Assembly: GCA_963693365.1 (NCBI GenBank)
Contig: CAVNZM010000007.1
Coordinates: 10,351,962-10,415,961, forward strand
Source of the DNA: Amoebidium appalachense
Taxonomy: Eukaryota > Protista > Ichthyosporea
Direction of reading: 5' to 3'
Length of the DNA: 64,000 nucleotides
The position numbers and the translations under genes are program-made. This document shows positions 35,761-64,000 of the stretch, piece by piece. Each line of letters opens with the position of its first letter. Positions within the stretch are counted from its first letter, which is position 1. The notes beneath the pieces were generated by a model. That model did not search any database. It saw nothing but the letters and a program-made list of their open reading frames with translations, and had not been told where the DNA came from.

Positions 35761-36407
35761 CCTGTGTATATGTGTCGTGACTCTACGTGTTACACAAGTG
35801 TGCGCACGACTCAATAGTACGTTTCCCTGCTGCATGTGCATGCATGTATCGGCATGTATTCATCTGTTTATATGCAGTTTGGGTGCACTGCTCCTATGCC
35901 TGTGCCTGTGCAAGTTCACGGTGAGGGTGGGTGGGGTGTGGGTATGCGGGTGGATGGGTGTTTGGCCGAAAGGGGGGGGAGGGGGAGAGAGAGAGGGGGG
36001 GGGGGGGGGGGGGGGGTTGTTGGATAGAGCTGCATGGCTCTTTATTGATTAGTCAGTGTTGCGTCTTTTTACCGCCAGAAAACATGAAACACTTATTCAG
36101 ACTGGTTGAGGTAGCGGAACTCCAAATTTAGTAGCAAAGTTGCTGGGTCTTTAACTTGCTTCTTTATCATGAACACTACAGTATTATCGAATAGCTCGGC
36201 ATGTGAGACCGTGACATTACCAGACATTTCATGTTTTAGTATAGTTGGAAGCACTTTAGTTCATTCCATTACCGTTTTCCCCTGTACGGTCCAGCCGTAC
36301 GTGTACACATTTCAGTTGCTGCATACCCCACCTTCACCAGCAGTCAGATATTGATACCATTACACATTCAACTATCACTAATAGGCATATTCATAATGGT
36401 CAACCAA

Positions 36408-52672
<16,265 letters not shown>

Positions 52673-53229
52673 GCCGAATGCGTTGGTTGAGGATCGAGAG
52701 AAAGGGCATAAAGATGGTTACCTTCTCCATGTGCGCGCGGCTATGGTGTGCGTGTGCGTGTGTGTGTATGGTTGTGTATGTGTGTATGCGTGTTTCTGTG
52801 TGTGTTTATGTGTGTGTGTGTGTGCGCGCGCGCGTGTGGGTGCGTAGACACGTGTGTGTGTGTGTGTTTCTGTGTGTTTCTAGGTGTGCCAATGTGTACA
52901 AGTGCGTGTGTTCGTAAATGCTTGGTACAAGAGAACAGTGAGAGCTGGCGGGGGGGGGGGGGGGGGGGGAGGGGAGAGAGAGAGAGAGAGAGAACAGTGA
53001 GAGCTGGGGGGGGGGGGGGGGGGGGGGGGAGCCTAGTGTGAGTCATGCACACAGAGATGTCATAGTGGGAGCATGTGGGTTGATGTATGTACGTTCGCAG
53101 GGGGTGATGATTAGCACGTGTGCCTGCTAATATTTGGAATAATAACAGCATAGATGTAGTAATAGTATTACTATGATCATGATAGCTAGTAACTTATTTG
53201 TCTCCTCATCGTCACATAGGCCCTACGTT

Positions 53230-53410
53230 CCACTCCTTCGCGAAGCCTTGACGCTTTGAGAGCCCCCAGAAAAGGTGTTACGTAATCCGCCGGGAGGCCA
53301 ACTGCTTACGTCATTGCGCGCGCTGATTGGCTAAAAATGCATCAGGCGGGCCAAGGTTTTTCCACTTGGCACGTTGGCGGCCAGCTCACACAGAGCTTGG
53401 CTGGGCAGGT
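53230..53410. promoter_or_regulatory. Bidirectional promoter between the importin (-) and dynamin (+) genes
   Basis: Head-to-head ATGs ~1 kb apart; gttacgtaat ~53277, ttacgtca 53306-53313, ATTGG 53326-53330. A likely 5'UTR intron of the dynamin runs from cag|gtaaaa ~53408 to ttctcag ~53691. Confidence 0.55.
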
Positions 53411-53705
53411 AAAAACTGAAACGAGGGTTGCATTTACACCGGAAATGGAAATAGTGCGCTAGAGAAACTAGGTTATGATAATAGCGTAGGGTAGAGCAGA
53501 GTAGCTTTATAACTGCTTAGAAGTGAGACATAACAGGAACAGCACTGAACACCTGTTCTTCAGCATAAGCAGCTAGCAAATATCGATCTTGATAGCCCAC
53601 TTCTTTGTTCGTTCGACACAAATAGTCTAAGCCAAAACTAGTCTATATTAACATAAATCATCCACAAACTGGACAGACGCTAATTTCTCAGGTGATTAAG
53701 ACAAC

Positions 53706-63801
<10,096 letters not shown>

Positions 63802-64000
63802 GTACGTGTACAGCCAAGCACGTGCACACGCACACACATCCATCCACATGCACCTGTGCACTCACACAGCCAACTATATGCACAATGATTGCACATGCAG
63901 TAACTATCCCTCCCACGTGCAGGCACACATGGTGCACACAGATGCATCCACATAAACACAGGTACACAGGCACCTGTATACACACACACACACACCTATC

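Overview
Eukaryotic nuclear DNA, intron-rich and saturated with simple repeats ((CA)n/(GT)n, (GA)n, poly-C/poly-G). Most ORF-track entries are repeat artefacts. Manual exon stitching gives six spliced protein-coding genes: a BAZ1A/ACF1-family DDT-WHIM-PHD chromatin-remodeller subunit (-, 22 exons), a TLC-domain membrane protein (+), a secreted GH114 glycosidase with a C-terminal CBM-like module (+), a G-protein gamma subunit (+), an importin-13/transportin-3 family karyopherin (-), and a Drp1/Dnm1/Vps1-type dynamin (+, runs off the window). Gene content suggests a unicellular opisthokont, possibly a holozoan; this is inference only. Non-genic structure: a young TRIM (identical 246-bp LTRs, 5-bp TSD, non-canonical PBS), a 1.6-kb non-autonomous hAT element with a perfect 8-bp TSD, a MITE-like element, and 56 apparently identical copies of a 61-bp hairpin unit inside one intron. 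There is also a dispersed ~250-bp intronic family that is always sense to its host gene and keeps a covarying hairpin; it is the best candidate for an undescribed element or RNA. Several 3' splice sites consist of long (CA)n tracts with no polypyrimidine tract. All calls come from reading and translating the sequence by eye; no searches were run.
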